Source of the DNA: Balanoglossus misakiensis
Taxonomy: Eukaryota; Animalia; Hemichordata
Assembly: GCA_040954595.2 (NCBI GenBank)
Contig: CM082589.2
Span: 11,668,894 to 11,732,893 of the forward strand
Length of the DNA stretch: 64,000 bases
Direction of reading: 5' to 3'
Shown here: positions 50,620-63,710 of the stretch, in pieces
Layout of the letters: every line of letters begins with the position of its first letter
How positions within the stretch are numbered: the first letter of the stretch is position 1
The notes under the pieces: model-generated
The model's input: only the letters and a program-made list of their open reading frames with translations
Database searches by the model: none
What the model was told of the DNA's origin: nothing
Made by a program: the position numbers and the translations under genes

Positions 50620-53600
50620 TCTTGTGTAGTTTTTTTGCTCAGGTAGATCTTGAAAACAGCTGAACCTACAAATCTCAAACTTGGCACAATGGTGCAGGTC
50701 TATGAGAGCTTGTGCAGTATCCCTGTGAATGTTTAATTAGTCATGTGACCTGATGACCATATATGGGCAAAGTTTTCAAATGGGCCTAATTTGCATATGA
50801 ATGGAGATATCAAAATTCTTTTAGCGATTTTTGCAGACCATGTGGTCAGTGTCCTACATGCCAAATGTCAAGGCCGTGGGCCAAGTCTATTTTGAGAAGA
50901 AGATTTTTTTATTTTTCATATTTTTGAACCCAGCCATGGGCCTATACTTTCTATAGTTAAGCTATGACGCTATGTCCATGTCGGCTGTGCATTGGTCCTG
51001 TACAGTGACTCTCTATTGGCCCGTGAGCAGAATGGCACCACAATAAAAGGCAAAGTTTTGGGATCACCTGTAACACCTGCTTAACTCATTAATTATGTGC
51101 ATACCTAATTCCAGGCTAACTAATAAGGCTAGAGGTTTTGTTCTTGTGGGACATGGATCAGTATGGCATCAAAAATTTTTGCCCATATTTTGGGTGACCT
51201 CAGGTGACCTTTGACCTACTTTCCTATATCTCAGCATCCACAGCAGGCACTGACTTGGCGTTTGGAGGGTTGTGACTAAAATTGAAAAGACAAAATTAGG
51301 GGTCACCTGTGACACCTGCGTAACTCTATTATGTGCATGCGTAATTGTGGGGTCAATGAAAGGGATGCTAGCATGGTATTTGTTGCACATGGATCAATAT
51401 GAAGTCCGATTTTCCTGTCAAGTTGTGGGCGACCTTATGTGATATTTCACCTACTTTTGCTTAGTGAATAACAGCAGATGCATGCAGCTTTGGCGTGGTG
51501 GGGGGGGGGTATACGGATGGGACCATAATGATATACCAAAGGCGGGGTCACCCGTTGCACCTGCCGAAGTCATTGATTTTGTACATTTAATTGGACACTA
51601 ACCAACAGGGCGATATGTGTGGTTTTTGTTCCACACGGACGAATGTAAGTGTCAGTTGGTTTTTGCCCAAATGTATAAGGTGATTTGGATGACCTCTGTC
51701 GTACAGTGCCATATCTCAGCACGTTGTGCAGGTGCAGCTTTGGTATTTGGAAGGATGAAACTATCATGAAATGCCAAATACATGGGGATACCTGTGACAC
51801 CTGCTTGATTTGTGTATTCCGTGCATACCTAATGGTAGGCAAAGTGAAAGGGCTGCAAATGTAGGATTTGTTGCACATGACATAAACAGGAATGAAAATT
51901 TTTTGTCAAATATTTGGTTGACCTCAGGTGTCAATTGACCTGCTTTCCATATGTTAGCATGCAAATCATATATAGCCAGGTGTTTGGAGGGGTAGGGTAG
52001 GACCTCTGCGTCATGAAATGCTAAATTCCTGGGGCCACCTGTAACTTACTTGCGTAACTCATTTTATGGTCATATCTAATTTGACCAACCCAACGGGCAA
52101 GGATGTTCCGTTGTCTTGAATATGAACCAAATTTTTGGTCCAATTTTTGGGTACCCTCAACTGACCTTTGAAGTACTTACTGAAGTACTTACAACGTAGA
52201 AGTTCACCTTTGGTTGTTGTTTTTGTACTTGTACGACATGCATTTCAGGTGGTTGCCTACTTCCCCATATCTCAACATCGAGAGCAAATACAGCCTACGC
52301 ATTTGAATGGTACAACCCTGAATGGAGTCTAATGGTTATTAACTCTATGCTTGGGCCCCTTCAATGCTGCTTGCAGCTTTAATTTTTTTTTTTCTTGTGT
52401 AGTTTTTTTGCTCAGGTAGATCTTGAAAACGGTTGAACCTACAAATCTCAAACTTGGCACAATGGTGCAGGCCTATGAGAGCTGGTGCAGTATCCCTGTG
52501 AATGTTTAATTAGTCATGTGACCTGATGACCATATATGGGCAAAGTTTTCAAATGGGCCTAATTTGCATATGAATGGAGATATCAAAATTCTTTTAGCGA
52601 TTTTTGCAGACCATGTGGTCAGTGTCCTACATGCCAAATGTCAAGGCCGTGGGCCAAGTCTATTTTGAGAAGAAGATTTTTTTATTTTGCATATTTTTGA
52701 ACCCAGCCATAGGCCTATACTTTCTATAGTTAAGCTATGACGCTATGTCCATGTCGGCTGTGCATTGGTCCTGTACAGTGACTCTCTATTGGCCCGTGAG
52801 CAGAATGGCACCACAATAAAAGGCAAAGTTTTGGGATCACCTGTAACACCTGCTTAACTCATTAATTATGTGCATACCTAATTCCAGGCTAACTAATAAG
52901 GCTAGAGGTTTTGTTCTTGTGGGACATGGATCAGTATGGCATCAACAATTTTTGCCCAAATTTTGGGTGACCTCAGGTGACCTTTGACCTACTTTCCTAT
53001 ATCTCAGCATCCACAGCAGGCACTGACTTGGCGTTTGGAGGGTTGTGACTAAAATTGAAAAGACAAAATTAGGGGTCACCTGTGACACCTGCGTAACTCT
53101 ATTATGTGCATGCGTAATTGTGGGGTCAATGAAAGGGATGCTAGCATGGTATTTGTTGCACATGGATCAATACGAAGTCAGATTTTCCTGTCAAGTTGTG
53201 GGCGACCTTATGTGATATTTCACCTACTTTTGCTTAGTGAATAACAGCAGATGCATGCAGCTTTGGCGTGGTGGGGGGGGGGGGGTATACGGATGGGACC
53301 ATAATGATATACCAAAGGCGGGGTCACCCGTTGCACCTGCCGAAGTCATTGATTTTGTACATTTAATTGGACACTAACCAACAGGGCGATATGTGTGGTT
53401 TTTGTTCCACACGGACGAATGTAAGTGTCAGTTGGTTTTTGCCCAAATGTATAAGGTGATTTGGATGACCTCTGTCGTACAGTGCCATATCTCAGCACGT
53501 TGTGCAGGTGCAGCTTTGGTATTTGGAGGGATGAAACTATCATGAAATGCCAAATACATGGGGATACCTGTGACACCTGCTTGATTTGTGTATTCCGTGC

Positions 53601-54776
53601 ATACCTAATGGTAGGCAAAGTGAAAGGGCTGCAAATGTAGGATTTGTTGCACATGACATAAACAGGAATGAAAATTTTTTGTCAAATATTTGGTTGACCT
53701 CAGGTGTCAATTGACCTGCTTTCCATATGTTAGCATGCAAATCATATATAGCCAGGTGTTTGGAGGGGTAGGGTAGGACCTCTGCGTCATGAAATGCTAA
53801 ATTCCTGGGGCCACCTGTAACTTACTTGCGTAACTCATTTTATGGTCATATCTAATTTGACCAACCCAACGGGCAAGGATTTTCCGTTGTCTTGAATATG
53901 AACCAAATTTTTGGTCCAATTTTTGGGTACCCTCAACTGACCTTTGAAGTACTTACTGAAGTACTTACAACGTAGAAGTTCACCTTTGGTTGTTGTTTTT
54001 GTACTTGTACGACATGCATTTCAGGTGGTTGCCTACTTCCCCATATCTCAACATCGAGAGCAAATACAGCCTACGCATTTGAATGGTACAACCCTGAATG
54101 GAGTCTAATGGTTATTAACTCTATGCTTGGGCCCCTTCAATGCTGCTTGCAGCTTTAATTTTTTTTTTCTTGTGTAGTTTTTTTGCTCAGGTAGATCTTG
54201 AAAACGGTTGAACCTACAAATCTCAAACTTGGCACAATGGTGCAGGCCTATGAGAGCTGGTGCAGTATCCCTGTGAATGTTTAATTAGTCATGTGACCTG
54301 ATGACCATATATGGGCAAAGTTTTCAAATGGGCCTAATTTGCATATGAATGGAGATATCAAAATTCTTTTAGCGATTTTTGCAGACCATGTGGTCAGTGT
54401 CCTACATGCCAAATGTCAAGGCCGTGGGCCAAGTCTATTTTGAGAAGAAGATTTTTTTATTTTTCATATTTTTGGACCCAGCCATGGGCCTATACTTTCT
54501 ATAGTTAAGCTATGACGCTATGTCCATGTCGGCTGTGCATTGGTCCTGTACAGTGACTCTCTATTGGCCCGTGAGCAGAATGGCACCACAATAAAAGGCA
54601 AAGTTTTGGGATCACCTGTAACACCTGCTTAACTCATTAATTATGTGCATACCTAATTCCAGGCTAACTAATAAGGCTACAGGTTTTGTTCCGTGGGCCA
54701 AGTCTATTTTGAGAAGAAGATTTTTTATTTTTCATATTTTTATACCTGGCCATAGGCCTATATTTTCTATAGTTAA
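50620..54776 (+). mobile_element. Tandem HINE family-2 bodies, period ~1776 bp (50620-52382, ~52390-54158; a third from ~54165 is interrupted by Kolobok and resumes at 63967)
   Basis: The blocks are near-identical and end TGCTTGGGCCCCTTCAATGCTGCTTGCAGCTTTAA(T)n. Duplicated short ORFs occur at 51169/52942, 51570/53346 and 51764/53540. Confidence 0.9.
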
Positions 54777-55044
54777 AGGCGCCTAAGCTGCAACGGTTTA
54801 CACTTAATTTTGCCAAAAATAACCCCCAAATGTCGCTTACATTGTTTGAATCCATACAATTAAGCGGTATACCCTTCAACTACCACACTGGGACATCCAG
54901 TGCGAAAGAAATTCACGATTTTCGAAAACGCAGCCACGTGACCAGGAACACAAGAAATGCCGCGTCAAACGGAGAACGAGATCCCGATCTTACTGCGTGA
55001 TACGGCGTGATGTGAGCGTGACCTTTATTCGCAACTCAACAACA

Positions 55045-57094
55045 ATGGACGCACCATATGAGGTAACATATGTCCATTTTGTAAACAAACTCACGTGTTT
55101 TCTGCCTCCTCAAACCTCGTTTTTTATTGCTAAATGTTCTTCAGTTCGATGTTTCACTTGAACAAAGATGATATTACTACAGTTTTAGGCTTGATCGATC
55201 AAATGTCAAGGAACCAGAGCTTGTTATGCTCGTCGCCATACATACGCGTTTATGGCTTACGCTACTCTCGGTCCCATCGTGGTTCGTGTGGAATACGAGG
55301 TGGTTTCGCATATTTTTTACATGACTAGTAATTCGTTTTGAATCTGGATTTACTCAGAAATGTTGTTAGTTTGTAATATGGCGTTTGGGTTGTGTAGTTA
55401 CGATCGTATTCGCGTATTTGTGACATGAGCATCGACCTCTGTGTGTTCCGGTGTTTCACGGCCGTGTATAGCCGGAAACACACATACCTATAGTATGGCT
55501 AAATGTGTTTCCGCTGTACGCCCGGGCGGTTCAGTTTAATAGTGAACAATCTTAGTAATATCCGTGAATTTCCGAATCATAAGGCAAAACGGACCACTTT
55601 CTATTCAAGGCAAAGAACACGTGGCATACAACAAGTGACGTTGTTTGCACTGACTATAACGTTGCTATGGCGATACCATAATAAGGACAAACATGCTGTC
55701 CTTTTGCTAGGGGATTTAGATTGGATGGAAGTAGAATGGCATGGGAAATTTACTGACGGATTTACCACACTCTTTGTGTGGATTATTATGGCAAAGGCCA
55801 CCTTTTTATCAAGTGGCTTAGGGAAAATATCAATGTTATGTTTCTACTCTGCCCACTCTCTGAAAGTTTTCTTGTTCACTCATTTTGCAGGCATCTTCTG
55901 ACAGTTCACAAACTGAATTTCAAACTGAATTTCAAACAAGAGGGAATCAAAGGGGCAGGGTGAGAGGTTCAACAAGAGGACAGAGAAGTAGGGGGAGAGG
56001 CAGAGGAAGAGGAAGAGGAAGAGGTGATACAAGAGCAGATGAAGCTTTACGAGATGTGCAGGAAAGAAAAAAATACTGTTTGCGTAAGTAAAAATTTGCT
56101 TTGATAATAATCGGACATAAACTGACATCAGCTTATAGCCTTCACCGTAATAATAATAATAATAATAATATCTAATTTTCAGGAAATGTTGCAGAAAATG
56201 ACGCAAGAACAGATGCATGATCTGTTGTTGCAGGTGGTAGAAAGAGACATCAGTCTAGTGTTTGATTTGGCAGTGCCGTGTCAGGATAATGAAGAAGGTT
56301 ACCATCCTAAACCATCAACAAACACTCCAGAATGGTGTATATGTGAAAACTGCAGGCAGATGCCAACACTTCCAGAGAGGAAATGTTGTGGGAAGCTGCC
56401 CGAGTTTTGTATATCTAGATTACCTGTAAGTATGTTTATGAACTGAATGCACAACAGCTTGTTGTCCACATTTTTCAAGAACAAAAATCAGCGTACAAGA
56501 TATGAAGATATTAATTTTCTCTTTTAACCTGATTTTCCCTGCCCATGCTCACGTGTAGGTTCTGAATTTACAATTCAAGGTAGCGAGTTGACAAAGACAT
56601 TTGCACCAATGTTTAACTAGAAAAACACCGACACCCCCCCCCCCCCCCCATTTGGGAGATAAATAGGTGGGATTTGATCCTGTGATAGTTTGTGCAGGCG
56701 TAGTTAGGCATGTGTACATAAAATTCATATTTCAGTGTTTCAAAGGTACAAAAACTTTCAGAAGACTGATATTGCTACATTGCAACATTTCTTCGAAAAA
56801 TATTCATTGAAACAATTCATATTTTCCCAGGATTTCAGAGTCATCTGCTTACATGAAGGGGTATTGGCAGTAGCTCGGGCCTACAGAATGGATATCATGG
56901 CTACTAATGATTTCGATGATTACAATAAGTGCAACAGGCATGCTGCCTACCGCCAGTTTATTTTGTGGCAGCACGGAAAACTGGGAGCTGGCAACCGGAA
57001 AGTTATCGCGAGCTGTTGTGTTTGGGGTATACGGGATAAATACCCTGACAACTTCGGACAGTACACAGGGTTTATCCCAACCCGTTTTGCGTGA
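55045..57094 (+). CDS. KolX: KolX accessory protein, P2X7 cytoplasmic-ballast-like Cys-rich domain; predicted exons 55045-55062, 55891-56083, 56183-56425, 56831-57094
   Basis: WCICENCRQMPTLPERKCC..CI / FRVICLHEGVL..NRHAAYRQFILWQHGKLGAGNRKVIASCCVWGIRDKYPDNFGQYTGF. Introns are GT-AG, exon 2 is RG-rich, and AATAAA lies at ~57357. The exon 2/3 phase is off by one base (A7 run), so the N-terminus is uncertain. Confidence 0.85.
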
Positions 57095-57649
57095 AGTAAC
57101 AACGTGATTTTATTTACAATTTTTTCCTTATATTTTCCACTACCTCATTTTACGCAATTATTGATTTTAAGATCGAAAGAACTCAGGGTTTATGCAGGGA
57201 ATGCATAATTTTATTTACATATAAGTACTATTTAGTTTGTTTTACGTTAGCTTATTTTTCTTTCTTTTTTTCTTATTTTGAATGTTTATTATCTTATTTA
57301 TTGTGAAAAAAGTGACAACTTTTGTTATGTTTGAAACAGTAATTATGTTTATTGAAAATAAAGTTTCTTTTTAAAATGTATATAATTGTTGTTGTTTTTT
57401 GGTAAAACAGACTACATCTCTACTAAAAGGTAACTAAATTCATGTAGAATATATCACAGGTTGCATTGACAAGCAGGTAAGACTTTGTTTCATATCTGAC
57501 AATGATTATCAGACAATCACTTTCACAGAAAACACAAATATCACTGTTTTAAAGGGGGGAAAAGGCAAAAATTGCTACAAGATTATATAAATTCTAATTT
57601 TGCAACCATTTGAAATAACCATGGTGACTCAAATCACAATTTTCACATT

Positions 57650-57830
57650 TTAAAGCTCATTTGCATAGTTTTGCAGATGACAACTTCAGTTGAACAAACT
57701 ACCATCTACAGCCCGTCCTGCATCTTCACACCAAATATCGAGGTGGTATACCAAGCACTTTCAATTGTTGTTATGTGGACAGACATAACCCATTCCATAA
57801 GGTCCCACACACACACACGAAATGGGACAG
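57650..57830 (-). mobile_element. Diverged HINE family-1 5' fragment between the convergent Kolobok genes
   Basis: The reverse complement GGGACCTTATGGAATGGGTT..CACCTCGATATTTGGTGTGAAGATGCAGGACGGGCTGTAGATGG aligns by eye with 40970-41175. Confidence 0.75.
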
Positions 57831-57847
57831 ATCAAATACATATCAGA

Positions 57848-60800
57848 TCACACTGATGAGGACTGCCGTCTCGACACAGTTTCCTGTGCTATCGTTGCCG
57901 TTGGTGGTGGAGGTAGGGCCGCCAGGTGAGCAGAAATCCTCCTTGGATCTGTTGCCTCCATAGGTTTTCTTTTCTGCATTCCTTCACGGTCTTGTAAACG
58001 CCTTTCAAGGATAATTCTGTTGATGTCTGTGATGTGTGGGTAGGTTTTTTTCTCTTTCTCTTGGAAGACACTCCATCTGTTGCTTTTTTGTTGAAGCGCC
58101 TATGAAGCCTGCATCAAGTATAATGATATGATGTAATTCATTCAAATCTACTTGGAAATGTGTCAATACCTAGATTTTAAGTGTTAAAATATCTGAACTA
58201 CTAATTTTTCAATTTGAAGAAAAGAAAGCTATGGTCGTTAATATATTTGAGCACATAATGCTACTAAAGCTGTGAAAAAAATGGCCAATATAATGACTAT
58301 ACGTGACCCCAAATCAAGTTATTGTGTGTTAAACTAATTAGTTCAATTTCAACAGCAAGTGCAAAGGACATGTTAATTTTGGCTGATAAGTAGGTACAAC
58401 ACCAATTCACTACTCATAATAAAAAATACATCAGTAGGAAGAACTTACACAACTTCACCATTCTTTTTCCTCTTGACTGGCCTGTCATTGTGAACATTGT
58501 GGTCTATGGCAGCCAGCCTATTCCTCGCTCTGTACACGGGTGGTGTGTACGCATATCTCTTCCCTGCATACATTAAAATATGCTGTTGGAATGTCTCTAG
58601 TTCTGCAGTACTCCTGAAAAACATGATGCATGGTAAGAGTTAAATTAAACATTCACATACATGCATAGCTTGTTGGCAAAACTGGTGACCACCAGGAAAG
58701 TATAAATAAAATGGATACAATAATAGTCATGTAAACTGGATGTGACTCATGTTGATATTAGTCAAATCATACCTGGGAAACACTACCATACATACACCAA
58801 ATACCAAACTGGATATCATGTACCATGATTTTATAAGAAAGACATAAAATTAATTCAACTCCTTACCTAAAGTTAATCAAGTAATCCACTTTACTGGGGA
58901 ATTGCTTGTTAAAAACAATTCTGACCAGGGCATTTGGCAGTAGGCAAGTGCCCACGAATGCTCGTTCACCACATGGTGAACAACACCACACCAAAGTCCC
59001 TGTAAATAACATGAGAACCGCTTGTTACTGGTATTTTGTTGCAAACTAAGATATGCTGGGATACAGATCTGATAATCTGCAGTTCCATGTGTTCTCACTA
59101 AGCAGGTCAATAGATTTTCATGTGATTAGGAAAAGAAAAAAACAATTTACTTTTCAGTGCGATAATTCAATGTCAACCAACATTTCTCGCAACTTCACTT
59201 GTAGTATATTTTAACAAAACATTGTATTATACCATCATCGATTGACTTGTGAGATTCACAGCTGCAGGCTTGTGAAAATTTAGATGAGATTGATGTACAG
59301 TAGACAGAATTAATGCATGAGTGATAAGTAGCCCTTGTCTTCAAAAAACATCAAAGGCATACAAATCTCTCCAATGTCTCTTCCTGGAAAGCCATTTATA
59401 CAGCAAACAACAAATTATTACGTACCTTAAACTCATCACATGTAGTAGCCTTGCCACAACAGTACCAAAAATGGTTCACAATATGTCGGCTCCACTGTAG
59501 AAGAGCTTTACACTCCTTCTCCTGACCAGCCTGAATAAGGGGAAAACATGGAGCTTCATAGCAACTAAACAGGCCTTTCCTTGAGTCTTACGGTTTGATG
59601 GCATACATAGAGAGATTTATTCTAAAGCAATGTCATATAGAAAACAGAGCTATTTGGTTATCACAAATGGGAATTGTTGTATGATAGAGTTCCTGTCTGT
59701 CTATTTAAAAAAAATAAGTGACCAAGTCACCGTCAGAATTCCTGCATATCAAAATGAAAATTTAATTGACTCACCTTGATTATTTTTTTCCCAAGATTTT
59801 TGGCAGCATGCCACACATCAAGTGAATGCTTGATATTGCCATATCGGTTTCCTATAAAATTGTGACAAAAACAAGGGTTTATGTGATGTGACAAAACAGG
59901 CATGCACTTTTTCTATGCACATGGAATAACAATAGTTTTAAAACATATTTGATTGAAAAAATGACACTAATTTTTGAGTAGTCAGGATAAAAACTGCATT
60001 AAAGTTGTATTTAGCTGAGCTTCAAACTTACTCATCAAAGCTAAAATCTGGGAATGAGAATCCGTCGTCACTTCAATGACTTTTGCCTCTTGGGCCAATA
60101 GATGGTCCAACGTCTTTTGAAATGCTGCTTTCTCCATCACTGTAGACTTTCTTTCCGTCTGCCTTTTGTCCAATGTTATGATGTCGAGAATGTCTTTTGA
60201 CTCATACTCCATGAACGTATATGAGCAATACTGGGCGCAAAACCCTGGGGAATCCATCCTCCCATCACCTTTCAAAATAAAAGGAAACATATGTTTGAGT
60301 ATTATCGGTATAGTTTTCAACAATACTTAGTATAGGACATTTTTTGTAAACTGATTACTATTTGGCACTAAGAAAATTCATTATGAATATACAGAAAGAC
60401 ATGTAGCTGCACCTACTTTGGGGTTACATGGTTTATAATATCAAGTCTCTATTATAATAAGGGAGACTGCTTACAGTTGAGATAATTATGTCTTTACATA
60501 GGTGTCATAAACATTCACATTTCAGGACTGTGATTAACAATTTCAAAACAAACTTATGAAAAACTCTAATATACAAGGATACAGCAATTGAAATTTGGAA
60601 CTCTCTAACATGTTTAGGTGCAATGATTTCTTCTTACCCATTATCACAAGTTCTTTGTCGGCATGTTTCCTTACAATTTCCTGCTGATGAGTCTCCCAAT
60701 ATTGATCAACACTTGGCACCAGGTAATGTCTCTGTATCTTCAAATACGTACTGGAACTGACTATGTTCAGATTCAACATGCTGGCAAACAATGCTATTTT

Positions 60801-63710
60801 AGTGTAGTTGTTGCCTGACGTGAGAATAGCAGCTGACGTCAATAAATCGCCACTATGAAGCCTTCTGTTAAGGAGAGGTTGAGAGCACCAATTGTAAGCC
60901 AGGTGGCCAGATGGGCAAACCTAAAAAAATATACATCAAACATCATATAAATATGACTTCCTTTCTACAACTTTGCACAGTTTAACACTAAGGGATGCAC
61001 AAAAGCTGGCTGTTAATATTCAGTTCTTTTCTTTTTCAAATTTGTGAGTTTAGAACATAAGGCATGTATGAAACAATATCACTTATCAACATTTTCTAAA
61101 AAATACACGTACCCATGACAAATACAGAGCTGACCCAACAAACTGAGATGAAATTGTCAGACTTTCGTTGCAATTTCCTTCACGGCACGTTGACTGTTTC
61201 ACTGTTTTAGCCAACAAGAGAAGCTGCTGCAGTGATATTAGATAAAACTTCTCCTGAAGGAGGCTGTCAACATCTGTGCCCATTTGCACCCTCACAATAC
61301 CAGGAGATATTTCATCTTGTTCATGGGTCTCTTCAGTGTTCTCCTGGTCCTGGTCATCATCACTGTCATCCTCATTCTCCGAGTTTTCGGATGCCAGATC
61401 CTCTAGGTCCACTCCCCGGGGTCTGTAAAATGAAATTTCAATTAAAGTCAAAGGAAAAAAAATGGGGGGAAATGGGAAGGTAGGCCAGAAATTTAAAAAT
61501 GAAACTTCTAAAAATGAAAATACTCACTGAATGGTTAAATTTATACTGGGTTCATAGTCTGGGTCGTCATCGTCTTCATCAGAACCTTGGTAATGATCTT
61601 GATTCAAATCTCCTGTTATATCTATAGTCACACTGTAGAGTATGATAAGATATGCATGGATGAAAATATAAATGGGAAATCAAACAAAATAGATTTAACC
61701 CAAAAGTTTAAAGCTCCACTAACAATTAATTCTAGGTATTTGTTCAACTTTATATACTAATCACTTTGACATTAGTATTAGTTAGCTCTGTAACTCTGGC
61801 AACTTCACAACTTCTCTTCACTCAAAAAATAATGTTTTTATTACAGTTTTGACTAATCTTAAAATGACATGAATCACCAACAATACATAATTTTTTTTAC
61901 ATTTGTTGTGGATATAATCTAGCATGTTCCATGTACAAATATGCCCAACATACACTTACTCAAATGGATCTACAAATGATTCAGTCATTGTGCTCTTTCT
62001 TCTTCTGGTTTTATCACTGTAAAATAAATCATTAAAACATTATTGTTATTGTCAAAATTTCTCTCATAACAAACTTAAAATTCAGATGTCCTGATAAAAA
62101 CTGCTTCTCATTTTGACCACATGGTACAGAAATTTGTTACATACCTTGTCTTATCTTGTGTCTTGGTTGAGCCAGACAATGCAGGGAGTTCTTCTATTCC
62201 TGACATTTGACTCGTTTCCCTGAAACATTCAAACAAGTTTTAGAAATTGGCACAAATTGTTGTTCACATATTTTGAAACTTGAAAGTAGTATTATAATAC
62301 CCATGTTGACTTGTAGAAAAGTTTGTTATAGTGTTATACTAGCAGACTATAAGGCACAGTATACTCAGTCCAAAAGCAAAAGCTATTACCACTACTAGGT
62401 CTATGACCATTAAATTGTCAGATTGTCTTGTTATGGACCATAGGTCAAAAAGAACATAAAATGCAATGATTGTAAATAGCAAATGCCTAGGTAGAGCCCT
62501 GAGTAAATGAATAAAAAATCTTACCCATGATCACTGGACACAATTGATGACATCTCTGACATCTCAGACATTCTTGCAATATGTTGTTGGCCTGCAGTGG
62601 GTGTTGAACTTCGAGGATGTTTGGAGGGTCGTTTCCTTTAAAAATACATGTACCCATAAATTATGAAGTTGTACAAACACCAATTTAGATAATATTGTTA
62701 TTCAATCCTGATTTTTCTCTAGTGTCTAAAAGATGAACAGATTTACTTGACTCAAATGTTTGTGTTTGAGATCAAGAGAGCTGCACTTGGTTTATTTGTG
62801 AAGTACAATGTAAATGGATTGTCCCTTTGTTTGCAGGATTGAACCCTGTTTTACATGCATGAACCCATGTTGAACACAAACCTGAACTTCTTACACACCT
62901 GATAACAAGTTAACCGACAATGGTATGGGCGATTTATACAAAACAGGTTAAAAATATTACTTACCCATGACCAGATGAAACTGAAGATGAGCACGAAATG
63001 TCTTGCTGCAATGGCTCAACGCCAACCGTCACATGTGACGAAGCTTGACCACTCGTGCTTGGAACAGGCTGAAATGTAGTACCTTGGTCTGGGGAGTCCG
63101 GTGACTGTTCATTTCGGTTTTTATTGTAACTGTGACAAGATCAGAAATCGAAATATTTTGATCAGATGTTTAACAAATCTTACGGATTTGAAACCGGCGG
63201 ACAAAAGAACACGATGGACGAAGATTTAGATGAAGAGTTAAAATGACGATTTACACTTTACACAGTGTGTAAACATTGACATGCCAACAAAAACTACAAA
63301 GGGTTGTTCACTACGTTGACAGTGACGCACCGAACATAGGCGATGTTGTCGTGATTTTGATTCGAGTTTTGGTATTTCCGAACATTTGGATGGTCAAAAA
63401 ATGTCATTTCAAAGGCCAAAATATGACGATCGTTGGATATAGTACATGTACATGTACGTGTATTGCTGATTTGTCCAAGGCATCACCGCAGTTCGAAAGC
63501 CCGTCCTACTTACCAATCAATCAGCTCCTCGGCCAAATCGGGGTTTGAAAGCCCTGTTTCGTCGATTAATTCAATCCATCTATCCATCTGTCGTCCGATA
63601 TACACCATGGACCGACGTTTTGTCAAATTGCTTTGTTGCTGTCTCCTCTTCTTCGCCGAGTCTGTCACAGCCGGCCAGCCTGGCCGACGTTTAGCTGTGC
63701 GGGACGCCAT
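57848..63710 (-). pseudogene. Kolobok DDE transposase, ~14 exons, with an internal deletion/frameshift
   Basis: Approximate exons: 63710-63514, 63129-62965, 62635-62525, 62219-62146, 62017-61960, 61632-61528, 61422-61113, 60921-60639, 60269-60032, 59851-59775, 59530-59426, 58999-58867, 58614-58449, 58108-57848. Motifs: GDGRMDSPGFCAQYCSY, VTTDSH, LDVWHAAK, VNHFWYCC, HHVVNEH, FRSTAELETFQQHILMYAGKR, DPRRISAHLAALPPPPT. Frameshifts lie near 58935 and 58085. Confidence 0.88.

Noticed and set aside
56183-57094. Host P2X7 receptor gene
   Set aside because: Only the ballast-like domain is present, with no transmembrane or ectodomain exons, and it lies inside Kolobok TIRs.
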